NCBI RefSeq assembly: GCF_009914755.1
Contig: NC_060928.1
DNA: 64,000 nucleotides
From: the human T2T-CHM13v2.0 reference genome, Homo sapiens
Strand: one strand, 5' to 3'
In this document: in pieces, positions 1 through 12,186 of the stretch
Layout: each line of letters begins with the position of its first letter
Numbering within the stretch: position 1 is the stretch's first letter
Notes under the pieces: model-generated
The model's database searches: none
Told to the model about the DNA's origin: nothing
What the model saw: the letters and a program-made list of their open reading frames with translations, nothing else
Program-made: the position numbers and the translations under genes

Positions 1-344
1 TTTTCTTACGTTTTTGGTTACTATTTTCAATCTATTGATTATCTCCTGCATATCACTGTCTATTCCCTTTTTTAATGGAATAGCATTTTCCAAGATCACA
101 TGAATGATATATGTCTCAAATTCTTTTGACCCTGAGGTCAATAGAAAATTAAACTTTGATGCTCTTCATTTGCTTCCTTTCTATTCTTGACACTTTACCT
201 CTCACCTAGGTAAATTTTTACTTCTTGAACATTCAGGATCTTTCCTAGACTGGGTAGCACAGAGGGAACTATATCTTGATGACATGCTCCTACTGAAGTC
301 TCAAATAGGATCCTAGAAGAGTTAAAATCCCCCCACACATCCTC

Positions 345-392
345 GTGTGTGTGTTTGTGTGTGTGTGTATGTGTGAAAGAGACAGAGAGAGC
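345..392. repeat. Imperfect (TG)n microsatellite followed by a short (GA)n tract
   Basis: gtgtgtgtgtttgtgtgtgtgtgtatgtgtg then gagacagagagag. Confidence 0.85.
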
Positions 393-3300
393 CCTTGCCC
401 TTGTTTCCCCAGTCTTTGAAGGATGTTAAGTAAAACATTGTTATAATCTTCATATTAAATATGCAGCATGTAATACTTTGTAAGAAGTAAAATTAAGAGA
501 CCTGATTACAATTCCATTATAAAATGCAACTTAAAATAACATGTCACTATTTATAATAAAGCTTTACCAAAGTATTTTGAACCCCTGGAAATAAATCCTG
601 TGTAAAATGCTTTTGTGATTTGTATTGAGGTCTCTCCACTTCGGGATCACGAGCACCCAAACCAATCTGCCTCTTGATTATGATGATTGGTGGGAAGGGG
701 CAGCAGCCACAGTCAATATTGTATATAAATCAAAAATTAAGAATGCATTACTTTTTATTTTCTTAAATTAGAGCATTGTCTATAATACAGTCTAAAACTA
801 CAGACCAAGTAATATACATCATACCAAAAATCACTCATATCATTCTAATAATTTCTAAGCAATTTATTGATTTCTACAAATTATATTGATGTCGTCTTTC
901 TTTTGCCATGGATGATACCAGCTAAATGATGTCCTTGTCAGAGAGGTAATTTAATACAGGGAACCCTCTCAACCTCCTTTAATGATTTACCCATCAGATT
1001 TAGAGTCACTGGGTGACATGAGGTCTCAATAAGTTTGTAATTTTATTAACATCAGTTAAATTATCCTCCTGCTGAATTATCTATTGGGCTTTCCTGAATA
1101 AAAAGTGATTGCATTCAATTTTTACCAGCACTTAAATACTGTGTGTATTTTTGAATGTTTACTGTCTTTATTATTAACTAAATCATGAAAATTCTTATCT
1201 AAATATCCTATTTAATTAGTTTATAGAGCTTTGTTAACGTCATTAGGCCAAATTCATCTGGCAGCATAAATCAATGAATATTTATTGCATTTTTTTAGTT
1301 TTGTCATATAAATTTTATTTTCAAACAATTCATTAGAAAATCTTTTTCTTATATAATTGGCCTTTTACTAATTTTTGTTTCAAATAGTATATATACATCT
1401 ATATATTTCAATTAATATATATTCATTTAAAATAGAATATATAAGTTTCAAATGTATATTTATAGAATACATGAAATTTTTATATCTATACTATCTTTGA
1501 TCAGTTTTTTAACTATCTCCAGTTTAATAAGGGGAATTTTCTTTTCTCGTAAAGCTGAAAAAGGATTGGCATTTCTGTTAGAGTGTCATCTCTGAAAATC
1601 AGTTATTTTTTAAAAAAGTCTATTTTCCAAATGTTAAATTTCACAATTTATATGAAAGTGAATTCATAGGGCTTGATATAATTTACAAAATGCCTTTTTA
1701 GCTGTAACATCACAGGCTATCTTTGAAGTCCAAATATTCTTCCAATTTTTATTATTTTAATTTTTAGCATGTGCTCTTGCTTTCCATCTCTCTTTCCATC
1801 TTTCTCTCTCCCTCTCGTCTACTTTTATTGTCTCTTCTTTATTTGATATATAGCAGTAAATATGAAATTCATCTAGAAAAGATTTCAAGTGTTTACTTGA
1901 TAACACATTATACTTTCAGTCAGAAATATTTGAATACAGTAGCTTATAGTGCCAAAATTTTTAAAAAGCAGAAGTCTATCTAAAACTTTGCCTGGAACTC
2001 CTGGTTTACTTTTTCACTATTATTGCACAGGCTTCACCTATGTAAAAAATTAAATTTTCACATACACAAATTTTGTGGAAAATTCCTTTCTCAAGTGTTC
2101 ATATGTATTACTACATTACTAATGTAGCATTAAAGATGTTTTTCCTTCTAATTTACTGAGATTTAAAAAAATTAACTGCTTTAAAATTCTTGATTTTTAC
2201 GTTTTAGGAAAATTATGAAAATACTTGTATATGAAAGAGTTCAAGTTTCATTAATAATACTTTTAAATTTTATTAAGTTGACTTTTAAGTTTTCTAAGAA
2301 GTTGTCTTACAAAAAGCAGTATCATAAAACTCATTTGCAATGATATTCCTAGATCAGAATTATTATATTAGGTAAGTTCTGTAATACTTTTCTTTTCTAA
2401 AATGCTCTATTATTTTTAAATGCTCTTATTATTTTAAAAAAGAAATAATTTAAAATTCTGATTTTTTCTAAATATTTTATTATTTTATGGGCACTTTATT
2501 AACATTATCGGATAAAGTATTTTTTAAGTTTTTTACTTCAATTGATTTCATTGAACATTTTTATTATTAGGAATACTTATTTTGTGAGGCTAATTTCATA
2601 ACATTTTTTAATATTTTCTTCATGATTCATGGTTGCAAACGATCTTTAACATAGTGGGTGAATGCCATTATGATGAAAAATGAGTCTAATAATTTTATTT
2701 CTATATTATACAAATTTGTAGGATTGTTTGAATCCAACGTTTACCTAGCAAGAAAAAATAATCTACCAATATTGAAAATCAAGTTGATTTTCATTCCAGA
2801 AATGTAACTTATTTATTTTATATTGAATTTATTTTTTATAATTATTTGGTATTATTTAGATGTTGTACATATTAAAAGATGTTCCAGACTAACTGAGTTT
2901 GCAGAGTATCATTACCTAATTTAGGACTAGGTTCCTAAGTGATACAATTTTTGTTTTATTCTCAGATTCAAAAATTCAAAAAATTCATACTCAAGATACC
3001 CGAAACAAATGCTTTTAAAATTTGGTTAAACTTTTGTTTCTTTTTCAGTGTCTTTGATAATTTACTATAAACTTCTGGACCATAATTATCAAATAACTAT
3101 GCATTTAGAACAATTAGCACATGCTAATAAGTAAAATAAATTGAGCATCAAACTATTCAGAAGTTGTAGCAAATACAAAAATCATAAGCAATGATAAACT
3201 GTTCATTCTACTAAAACACTGACTGTTTCACAAAATCTATGCACTGCCTGACATCAGTCCAACAAAATGCTAATTCTGAAAAATAGTTTTCAGATGTTGC

Positions 3301-4549
3301 CACAGTAGGAATTCCATTCATCACATATCCTACAAAATACATCCTTTATCATGTATCCATGATTAACTTGTAATTAGTTAATATTATAATTTGTATAACT
3401 CAGCTTGTCAGTTATTGGACTTCAGCATTATATATTTGCCAACAGTTGTGGCTTTATTATATTTCAATATTTTAACAATTGGCCGACCACATTGCTACAT
3501 ACTGGCAAAACACAATCATGGAGTTGGGGAATGTGCAATGTTGCTAGATGGGAGTAAGGAGCAACAGTCTGGCTTTTGAGTGGAAAGTGATTTTATTTCT
3601 GAGACATTCTAAAATTGTCATTGGGCTGTAGATTTGATTGCTGTGAAGGCAGCACAAACACTCTTCATATGTTTCCATGCTTAACAGTGCCTCTTTAGGG
3701 ATCTTGTGTTATAACAATAGAAAGAATGGTAATATCTGCATGAGGAAATCAGGAAGCTGTGAAAGGTACCTTCCACCCCCATCCCACTTCACTTACTCTT
3801 TAAGGAATTGTATGAGACTCAAGGTTTTCATTTCTTAAACTTTATTAAATCTGTCTTCAACACACACCTTTGTTATTAACAGGAATGCTATTTAAAAGTC
3901 TATGAAGATTGATTTCTGGATTGCAATTTTAGTATTAATATATCTAGTATTTTCTGCATTATAACAATGAATTTACCTCTTAGAAGTAGAAAGCTTAGCA
4001 ATTTGTTCAAAATTAGTGTTCCTAACCAGGGCCATATATAGAAATCACCTGTAGAGTTTTGTTTTTTTTTTTTTGTTTGTTTTTTTTAAATACGCACCTG
4101 CCCCATTCCTCAAAATAGAGCTACTGAATGAGAATCTCAGGTGAGGGAGTGGAAAGAACATGGACACTTAATGTTTCAAAGTATACAGGAACTTCTCATT
4201 TCCATCTACGAGGAAAAAAATCAGTATTCTAATGGGATGTAAAGAAATATGTGTTATAATAAAAGTTAATGATAGAAAAGGAAATTCGAATAGTAATCTT
4301 GTTTGTATTCAACAAAACAATATTATCTTTGCTTTCACTATAATTATGCTTCCCTTCCTAACAAAGTATCCACAGCCTACTGAGTTATGGTACTACCTTC
4401 AAATGCACCAGCTCTTTTTTTTCCTATGATCTAGCCAAAAAGGTAAGCAGCAAATAAATGAAAAGATCATTGTTCATCCTGTTAAATTCACCTGTTCTTA
4501 CTGCTATAAATATTTATAAGTTAGTATCCTTAACATTCATATTTAAATT

Positions 4550-4650
4550 AATAGATCTAAGGTGGGACTCTAGAAGTTCTACCTCCAAAAGTTTCCAGGT
4601 GATGCTCATACTGCTGATTAAAGGACCCCAGTCTGAGAACCATTGCTTTA
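4550..4650 (+). mobile_element. MER5-family (hAT-Charlie) DNA transposon fragment
   Basis: ccaggtgatgctcatactgctg...ggaccccagtctgagaaccattg resembles the MER5A end; another MER5-like piece lies at about 4015-4200. Confidence 0.6.
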
Positions 4651-5329
4651 CTCTCTAGTTATACTCTTGGATGGATGTACATTTAAGCTGCCAGAATAAA
4701 ATGCCTTAGTACACCATTTAAGGAGGAATCGTGATAAAAATTTATGCAATGATTAAATGGTTGTATCTGTATGAATTAATTTAAACTTACACTATAATAA
4801 CCTTATTGCTAGGTCTTAGAAGAAGATTTACACTTTTCCCCACGCAATCCATCCCCTAAATAATTACACTATTCCCCAAGCTGCAGATTGCTTTTGTCCA
4901 TCAGATAAGTCAACAATTACACAGGACTTTATAGAATACAGCGGAGGAAATGAAAATCAAAAAGAAACAGCATCAAAACAAAAATCTTGGACATGAATGG
5001 AAATTCATTAATTTAGCTCAATGCCCTGAAGAAAAACAATGCAAAATTCAATCTAACAATATAGACTCACCCAAATTAATGCCAAATATACTTCCTGTGG
5101 AGTAGAGAAGCTTAAGTATTATAGTCAAAGCCACATATGGCTTAGGGAGCATAATTAACATGTGCCAGAGATGCAGAGTTTCATTGGTTCATAAACTCAC
5201 CTGGGAAGAAGCACGGCTAGACACAAAACACTTGTTTCCTCATGTCTGTCATGCAGACTTTAATGGATAAATTTGTTTGTTAGAAGTCTGCAAATTAAAG
5301 CCATATTATTTGATGTTCTCAGTATTTTA

Positions 5330-5659
<330 letters not shown>

Positions 5660-5719
5660 TGTACTCAATATTTTAAATAGATCATTTCTCTAAATTGTTT
5701 TCCCCAATGAAAAACTATA

Positions 5720-5794
5720 TTGCCATTTAAAATATTATTTGATTCATGGGAAATATTACTTGCCATTTAAAATATTACTTGATTCATGGTAAAT
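5720..5794. repeat. 40-bp tandem duplication (about 1.9 copies)
   Basis: ttgccatttaaaatatta(t/c)ttgattcatgg(g/t)aaat recurs with an exact 40-nt period. Confidence 0.9.
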
Positions 5795-6420
5795 TCTTCA
5801 GTAGAGTAGATTTATTTTACAAGAATTTCTATTGAAATTTCACTGACTTTACCAGTTGATTTGCTTGAAATGTGCCTGCAATAGTTTACTTTTATTTTTA
5901 GTCCAGTTTGAGACTATCAAAATCTGGAAACAATCCATTTAAGTGGCACTATTAATGAAATAGCTATTTTTATTTTAGTAAGGAACCTGTAGCTCTCCCT
6001 TTTTTCCAAGTAGACACCAGTTGGGAATTGCCTTGTTAAACAATCAGCCTTTGTGGCAGTCCACTTATAAGAATGCTATAGCTTTTAACACAGCGGATTT
6101 AAAAATCCCCTCAATTATGCAGGCAATTTACATCTGCTAGTTTACACAGCTCCTCCAAACTACCATCCCTTTTCACGGAAAGGAGGCCTGAATAATTTTA
6201 TTTTTTTTCCAAGCAGAATTAGAGTCCTGCATTTCCCACTCCAATGTGGTGTTGCATTGCCCTATGGTTGGGGGCGGAGCAGCTTACTCTGCAATCATCC
6301 CCGACCATCATGCTTCAGTACGCGGGAAAATGAATGTCAGCCAAATTATTGTTCAGGACTGGAAAAAATGAGGCTGTCCCAGTGCTTAACTGTCTCTCTT
6401 CTCTTTCTGCTTCCTTCTAG

Positions 6421-6525
6421 CCCAGGAACAGCAAAGTTTGATACACACCAACCAGGCTGAAAGTCATACAGCTGTTGGCAGAGGAGTAGCTGAGCAGCAG
6501 CAGCAGCAAGGCTGTGGTGACCCAG
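6421..6525 (+). CDS. MMRN1: MMRN1 internal coding exon (probably exon 4): linker after the EMI domain, (A)QEQQSLIHTNQAESHTAVGRGVAEQQQQQGCGDP(E)
   Basis: Polypyrimidine tract plus TAG acceptor at 6418-6420; donor CAG|GTCATA at 6526; 105 nt, phase 1-1. The translation joins in frame to the next exon (GDP-E-VMQK). The ORF track reads this region in other frames. Confidence 0.93.
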
Positions 6526-7813
6526 GTCATAGATTGTAATTACTATCATCTCTGACCCAATTATTGTCAATGCTATTTATTACAACTTCCAAGCAAGAAA
6601 TCTCTTAGTTGTCAAATGATTGATGGTGACACATTAGCATACTTCTCAGTCCTTTTCTACTGGTGCTGGATGTTGGGAGAAATTGTGGATAAGCTATAAT
6701 AGGTACTGAAAAGACCATGTATAACTACAGAAGCTTTGTGTGCAAACACAGAAAGAATAAAAATGCTGTGATACTAGGTTGTAAGGAAACCACAGTTTTC
6801 CAAAATAAGACCAAACTTTTGTTCTCCAAAGAGTGCCATTATGGAAGACCCTTGACATGGAAGGAACAACTTATTCTTTTAAGGGATCTAAGAAGGCTCT
6901 CTTCAATTCATTAATAAGAGGTTGCTTAATGGGTACTGATCCCTAAGAAATGGGATTATGACTAAGAATCAACAAGAACCTCCTGCTGATCCAAAGTTGG
7001 CATGTCACATATTTTTCCATCTTTCTAATCAGTTTTTGCCATTTCTTTTAGGCTAAACTTTAGCTCTTACAAACATAAGGTTGGTTACTGCTAAAAACAT
7101 CTATTCACTGTGTTTGGCATGGATCTAGTCATACAAAACAAGGCACTCAATTAAGAAATGTGACTTAAAGGGCTGTCTTTAAGAATGCAGCTGAATATCC
7201 CTTAACAATGGTGGTGTAATTTTTTAAGGGATTGAAATTCAGTATCTTTATAAAAGACCATAATATTCTTGAATTACTGCAATACATGTGTAAAGGGATA
7301 GACAGTATTATTGCTATATAAAGTGATTCAAACTAAATTATGAGTCTCTTTATCTTTGATTAACGAATACCTCAGTAAACAATAAAATTCTCAGAACATA
7401 GCTACAACTACATACATATATCTAGCTGCATATTTTAAATGCTGAGGTATTGAATTTGGAAGCAGAAGATGAGCCATCAGCTCTGTAACTGCGAGCAAGT
7501 TATTTTGGATTTCTGCCCCTTTGTTTCTTTTTGAGAGTGTAACAGTAACTCTGAAATAATTTTTTTAAAACACTGAAAATTCTGGGAAAAGTTAAAACAT
7601 TTTAGAAATCTAAGCTATTATACTACTCTTTACAAATTTCTACACTTAGTCTTAACATTCAAGTTGCCATTTCTTGAATGAATATAGTCTTGTATTTTCA
7701 AATGTATTCCTGCAAATATAGTTTGTTTGAATTACCTTCAAACCTATCATGAAATTTAAGTGATTTTTAAATATATATATATTAATTTTTAATTAAAAAT
7801 TTAAGTGATTTTA

Positions 7814-8120
<307 letters not shown>

Positions 8121-8379
8121 TTAAATATATATATTTAACTTTCAGTTTTTGTGGGTACATAGTAGATGTATGTACTGTTTTGATACAGGTACACAATGTG
8201 TAATAATCACATAATGGAGAATGAGGTATCCATCCCCTCAAGCATTTATCCTTTCGGTTACAAACAATCCAATTATATTCTCTTAGTTATTTTAAAATGT
8301 ACAATTAAATTATTATTGACTATAGTCACCACATTGTGCTATTAAATAGTAGATCTTATTCATTCTTTCTTTTGCTATT

Positions 8380-8702
8380 CTTTTTTATTATTTATTTATT
8401 TATTTATTTTTAGAGACAGGGTCTGCACCCAGGCAGGAGTGCAGTGGAGTGATCATGCATCACTACAGCCTCCATCTCCAGAGCTCAACCAATCCTCCTG
8501 CCTCAGTGCCCAAGCAGCTGGGAATACAGGCACGTGCCACCATGCCTGGTTAATTTTTTTTTTTTTTTTTTTTTTTTTTTTGTAGAGACGAGGTTTAGCC
8601 ATGTTGCCCAGGCTAGTCTTGAATCTCTGGGCCAAAGCAATCCACCTGCCTCAGCCTCCCAAAGTGCTGGGACTACAGCCGTGAGCCACTGTGACTTAGT
8701 CT
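8380..8702 (-). mobile_element. AluJ-type element nested in the L1, with an expanded central T run
   Basis: Diverged reverse-complement Alu with a roughly 28-nt T tract at about 8554-8581. Confidence 0.9.
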
Positions 8703-8800
8703 CTAACAATTTTTTTATACCCAAATAAAAAACAAATTTTTATTTATATTTTTAATATATATATATATTTAATTTTTAATTAAAAATTTAAGTGGTTTTA

Positions 8801-9012
8801 GGCTGGGTGTGGTGGCTCACGCCTGTAATCCCAACACTTTGGGAGGCCAAGGCGGGTGGATCACGAGGTCAGGAGATCAAGAACATCCTGGCCAACATGG
8901 TGAAACCCTGTCTCTACTCAAATAAAAAAAATTAGCCACACGTGGTGGCATGCACCTGTAGTCCCAGCTACTGGGAAGGCTGAGGCAGGGGAATCGCTTG
9001 AACCTGGGAGGT
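8801..9012 (+). mobile_element. 3'-truncated AluSc-like copy without a poly(A) tail, nested in the L1
   Basis: Left arm plus partial right arm, ending abruptly at ...aacctgggaggtg; L1 sequence then resumes (aaccatccccac). Confidence 0.9.
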
Positions 9013-11044
9013 GAACCATCCCCACCTCACTCCAATCAGCCATTATCCTTCCCATCCTCTGATAACCATCCTTGTACTCTCTATCTCCTTGAGTTCAATT
9101 GTTTTGATGTTTAGATCCCACAAATACATGAGAACATGCGATGCTTGTCTTTCTGTTCCTGGCTTATTTCCCTTAGCATAACGATCTCCAGTTCCATCCA
9201 TGTTGTTGCTTTGTTTTTTATGGCTGAATAATACTCCATTGTGTATATATACCACATTTTCTTTATCCATTCATCTGTTGATGGTCATGTATGTTTCTTC
9301 CATATCTTGGCTATTGTGAATAGTGCTGGCAATATACATGGGAGTGCAGATACTTCTTGGATATACAGATTTCCTTTCTTTTGTGTGTATACGTGGAAGT
9401 GGGATTGCTAGATCATATGGTAGCTCTATTTTTAGTTTTTGAGGAACCTCCAAACTGTTCTCCGTAGTGGTTGTACTAACTTACATTCCTACCAACAGGG
9501 TATGGGGGGGTTCCCTTTCTCCATATCCTTGCCAGCATTTGTTATTTCCTGTCTTTTGGATATAAGCCATTTTAACTGAGGTGAGATGATATCGCATAGT
9601 AGTTTTGGTTTGAGTTTCTCTGATATCAGTTATGTTAAGCACCTTTTTATATGCCTGTTTGCCATATGTATGTCTTCTTTTGAAAAATGTATATTCAAAT
9701 CTTTTGCCCTGTTTTGATTGGATTATCGGGTGTTTTCCTATAGGCTTGTTTGACCTTCTTTTATATTTTGATTATTAGTCCCTTGTCAGATGGGTGGTTT
9801 GCAAAGATTTTTCTCTCATTCTGTGGGTTGTGTCTTGACTTTGTTGGTTGTTTCTTTTGCTGTGCAGAAGCTTTTTAACTTGATGTGATCCCATCTGTCC
9901 ATTTTTGCTTTGAGTGCCTGTGGTTGTGGGGTATTACTCAAGAAATTTTTGCCTAGACCAAATGTCCTAGATACTTTCTCCAATGTTTTCTTATAGTAGT
10001 TTCATGTTTTGAGGTCTTAGACTTAAAGAGCTAATCCTTTTTTATTTGATTTTTGTGCATAGTAAGAGACAGAGGTCTAGAGTCATTATTCTGCATATGG
10101 ACATCCAATTTCCCCAGCACCATTTATTAAAGAGACTGTCTTTTCCCTGGTTTTTGGCACCTTTGTTGAAAATGAGCTCACTGTAGATACATGGATTTGT
10201 TTCTGGGTTCTATATTCTATTCCATTGGTGTATTTGTCTATTTTTATGCCAGTACCATACTGTTTTGGTTACTACAGCTCTGTGTTATAATTTGAAGTCA
10301 GGTAGTATGATTCCTCCAGTTGTTCCTTCAGTTGTTCTTTTTGCTTAGGTAAGCTTTGGTTATTCTGGGTCTTTTGTTGTTCCATATAAATTTTAGGATT
10401 TTTTTTTTTGTATTTCTGTGAAGAATGTCATTAGTGTTTTGATAGGGATTGCATTGAATCTGTAGGTTGCTTTGGATAGTATGGACATTTTAACAATATT
10501 TATTCTTCCAATTCATGAACACGGCATATCTTCAATTTCTTTCATTAGTGTTTTATAGTTTTCATTATAGTGACCTTCCACTTCTTTGGTTAATTGAATC
10601 CTTATGTATTTAACTTTGTGTGTGGCTATTGTAAATGAGATTACTTTTTTTTCTTTCTCAGATTATTCACTGCTGGCATATAAAAATGCTACTGAGTTTC
10701 ATATGTTGGTTTTGTATCCTGCAATTTTACTGAATTCATTTGTCTATTCTAATAGTTTTTTGGTGGAGTCTTCAGGTTTTTCCAAATATAAGGTCATATC
10801 ATCTGCAGAGAAGGATAATTTGACCCCTTCCTTTCTAATTTGAATGCCCTTTATTCCTTTGTCTTGTCTGATAGCTCTAGCTAGAGCTTCTAGTGCTTTG
10901 TTGAAAAATAGTGGTGAAAGTGAGCATCTTTGTTGTGCTCCAGCTTACAGAAGAAAGGGTTTTAGTTTTTCTCCATTCAGTATGATACCAACTATGGGTC
11001 AAAATATATTTTTTAATGGTCTCAATTTTCTCTTCTATATGCAG

Positions 11045-11218
11045 AAGTGATGCAAAAAATGACTGATCAGGTGAACTACCAGGCAATGAAACTGACTCTT
11101 CTGCAGAAGAAGATTGACAATATTTCTTTGACTGTGAATGATGTAAGGAACACTTACTCCTCCCTAGAAGGAAAAGTCAGCGAAGATAAAAGCAGAGAAT
11201 TTCAATCTCTTCTAAAAG
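11045..11218 (+). CDS. MMRN1: MMRN1 internal coding exon (probably exon 5): (E)VMQKMTDQVNYQAMKLTLLQKKIDNISLTVNDVRNTYSSLEGKVSEDKSREFQSLLK(G), start of the coiled coil
   Basis: Acceptor ttttctcttctatatgCAG at 11042-11044; donor AAG|GTAAAA at 11219; 174 nt, phase 1-1; matches ORF 11047-11238. Confidence 0.95.
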
Positions 11219-11764
11219 GTAAAAATGAAATAAAATAAAATATTCATTCAGTAACACAGAAAGCAAATGATTCATTTTTCTTTTCTTACATCACTTTGGG
11301 ATCTTTGCTTTAGTTTGGGTGGTATGGAAACCTAAGAAAGATTTTTTTTAATGAGATATAAATTCACTAAAATTCTGAAATAATTTGAAATATCTACATT
11401 TTATTATATATACTGAAGTCTTTGACTGAATATTCCATTTGGTTGATAAACATGATGTCTCTAACTATAGCCTAACATATTCATTTTTAGTTAAAGTGAG
11501 TCATATTAATTTACTTCCATTGTGTTATCTACTTCAAGAATAAAGACGCAGTTAGGGGATCAAGATAGCTAGTTGCATGGTTGTCTCAATACTATTGATG
11601 GAGACATTGAGGATAAATCTGAAGTGCATTATTATCCCCCAAATTTTCTAGGTTATGGTGTAAAATCTATTAAATATATCCTAAAACATTCCAGCTATTA
11701 TTAATATTAAAGAATAATAATTTATATATGTGAATAGGCTTTGCCTGAATTTTGTGCTCTTCAA

Positions 11765-12186
11765 ACAGTGGGCTTAAAAGCAGGCTATGTTTCTTTCTGG
11801 AGGATCAACAGGATAATCCATTTCCTGCTAATCCAAGATGCTGGCAGAATTCATTTTCTTGCAGTTGTAGGACTGAGGTCTCTGTTTTCTTGATGTCTGT
11901 AAACTGAGGCCCATTCCCAGCTTCTAGAAGCCACTGCATTTCTTGACTCATCATCCTCCATCTTTAAAGCCAGCTACATTGTGTTGAGTTCTCCCTGCAT
12001 CTTTCTGACTATGTAACTCCGTTGGACCTACCTGGATAATCAGAAAAATCTCTCTATCTCAAGGTGCTTAACTTTAATCACAGTTGCCAAGTCCCTTTTG
12101 CCATGTAAGGTACATATTCATGGATACAGGGAATTAGCATATGGACACCTTGGGGGAAAGGGGTGTGTATTATTCTGCCTACCACA
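11765..12186 (-). mobile_element. MLT1D-like MaLR solo LTR
   Basis: Ends in tattctgcctaccaca (reverse complement of the MLT1 start); contains gcagttgtaggactgagg and ccttttgccatgtaagg. Confidence 0.8.

Larger units (their letters stand above)
8125..11000 (-). mobile_element. 5'-truncated L1 (L1MA-type 3' UTR plus end of ORF2), antisense to MMRN1, interrupted by two Alu-derived inserts
   Basis: Reverse-complement L1MA 3' end (gtgggtacatagtag...gtatccatcccctcaagcatttatcc) and ORF2 remnants (minus-strand ORFs 9043-9270 and 9271-9453, KLKIELPYDLAIPL). Confidence 0.92.

Noticed and set aside
3700-3790. SOX motif plus paired GGAA sites as an endothelial enhancer
   Set aside because: Too few and too short to exceed chance expectation without external data.
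6368-6460. Signal-peptide-like peptide MRLSQCLTVSLLFLLPSSPG within ORF 6257-6460, as an alternative secreted N-terminus
   Set aside because: It is out of frame with exon 4 and stops at 6460; the hydrophobic stretch is simply the translated polypyrimidine tract.
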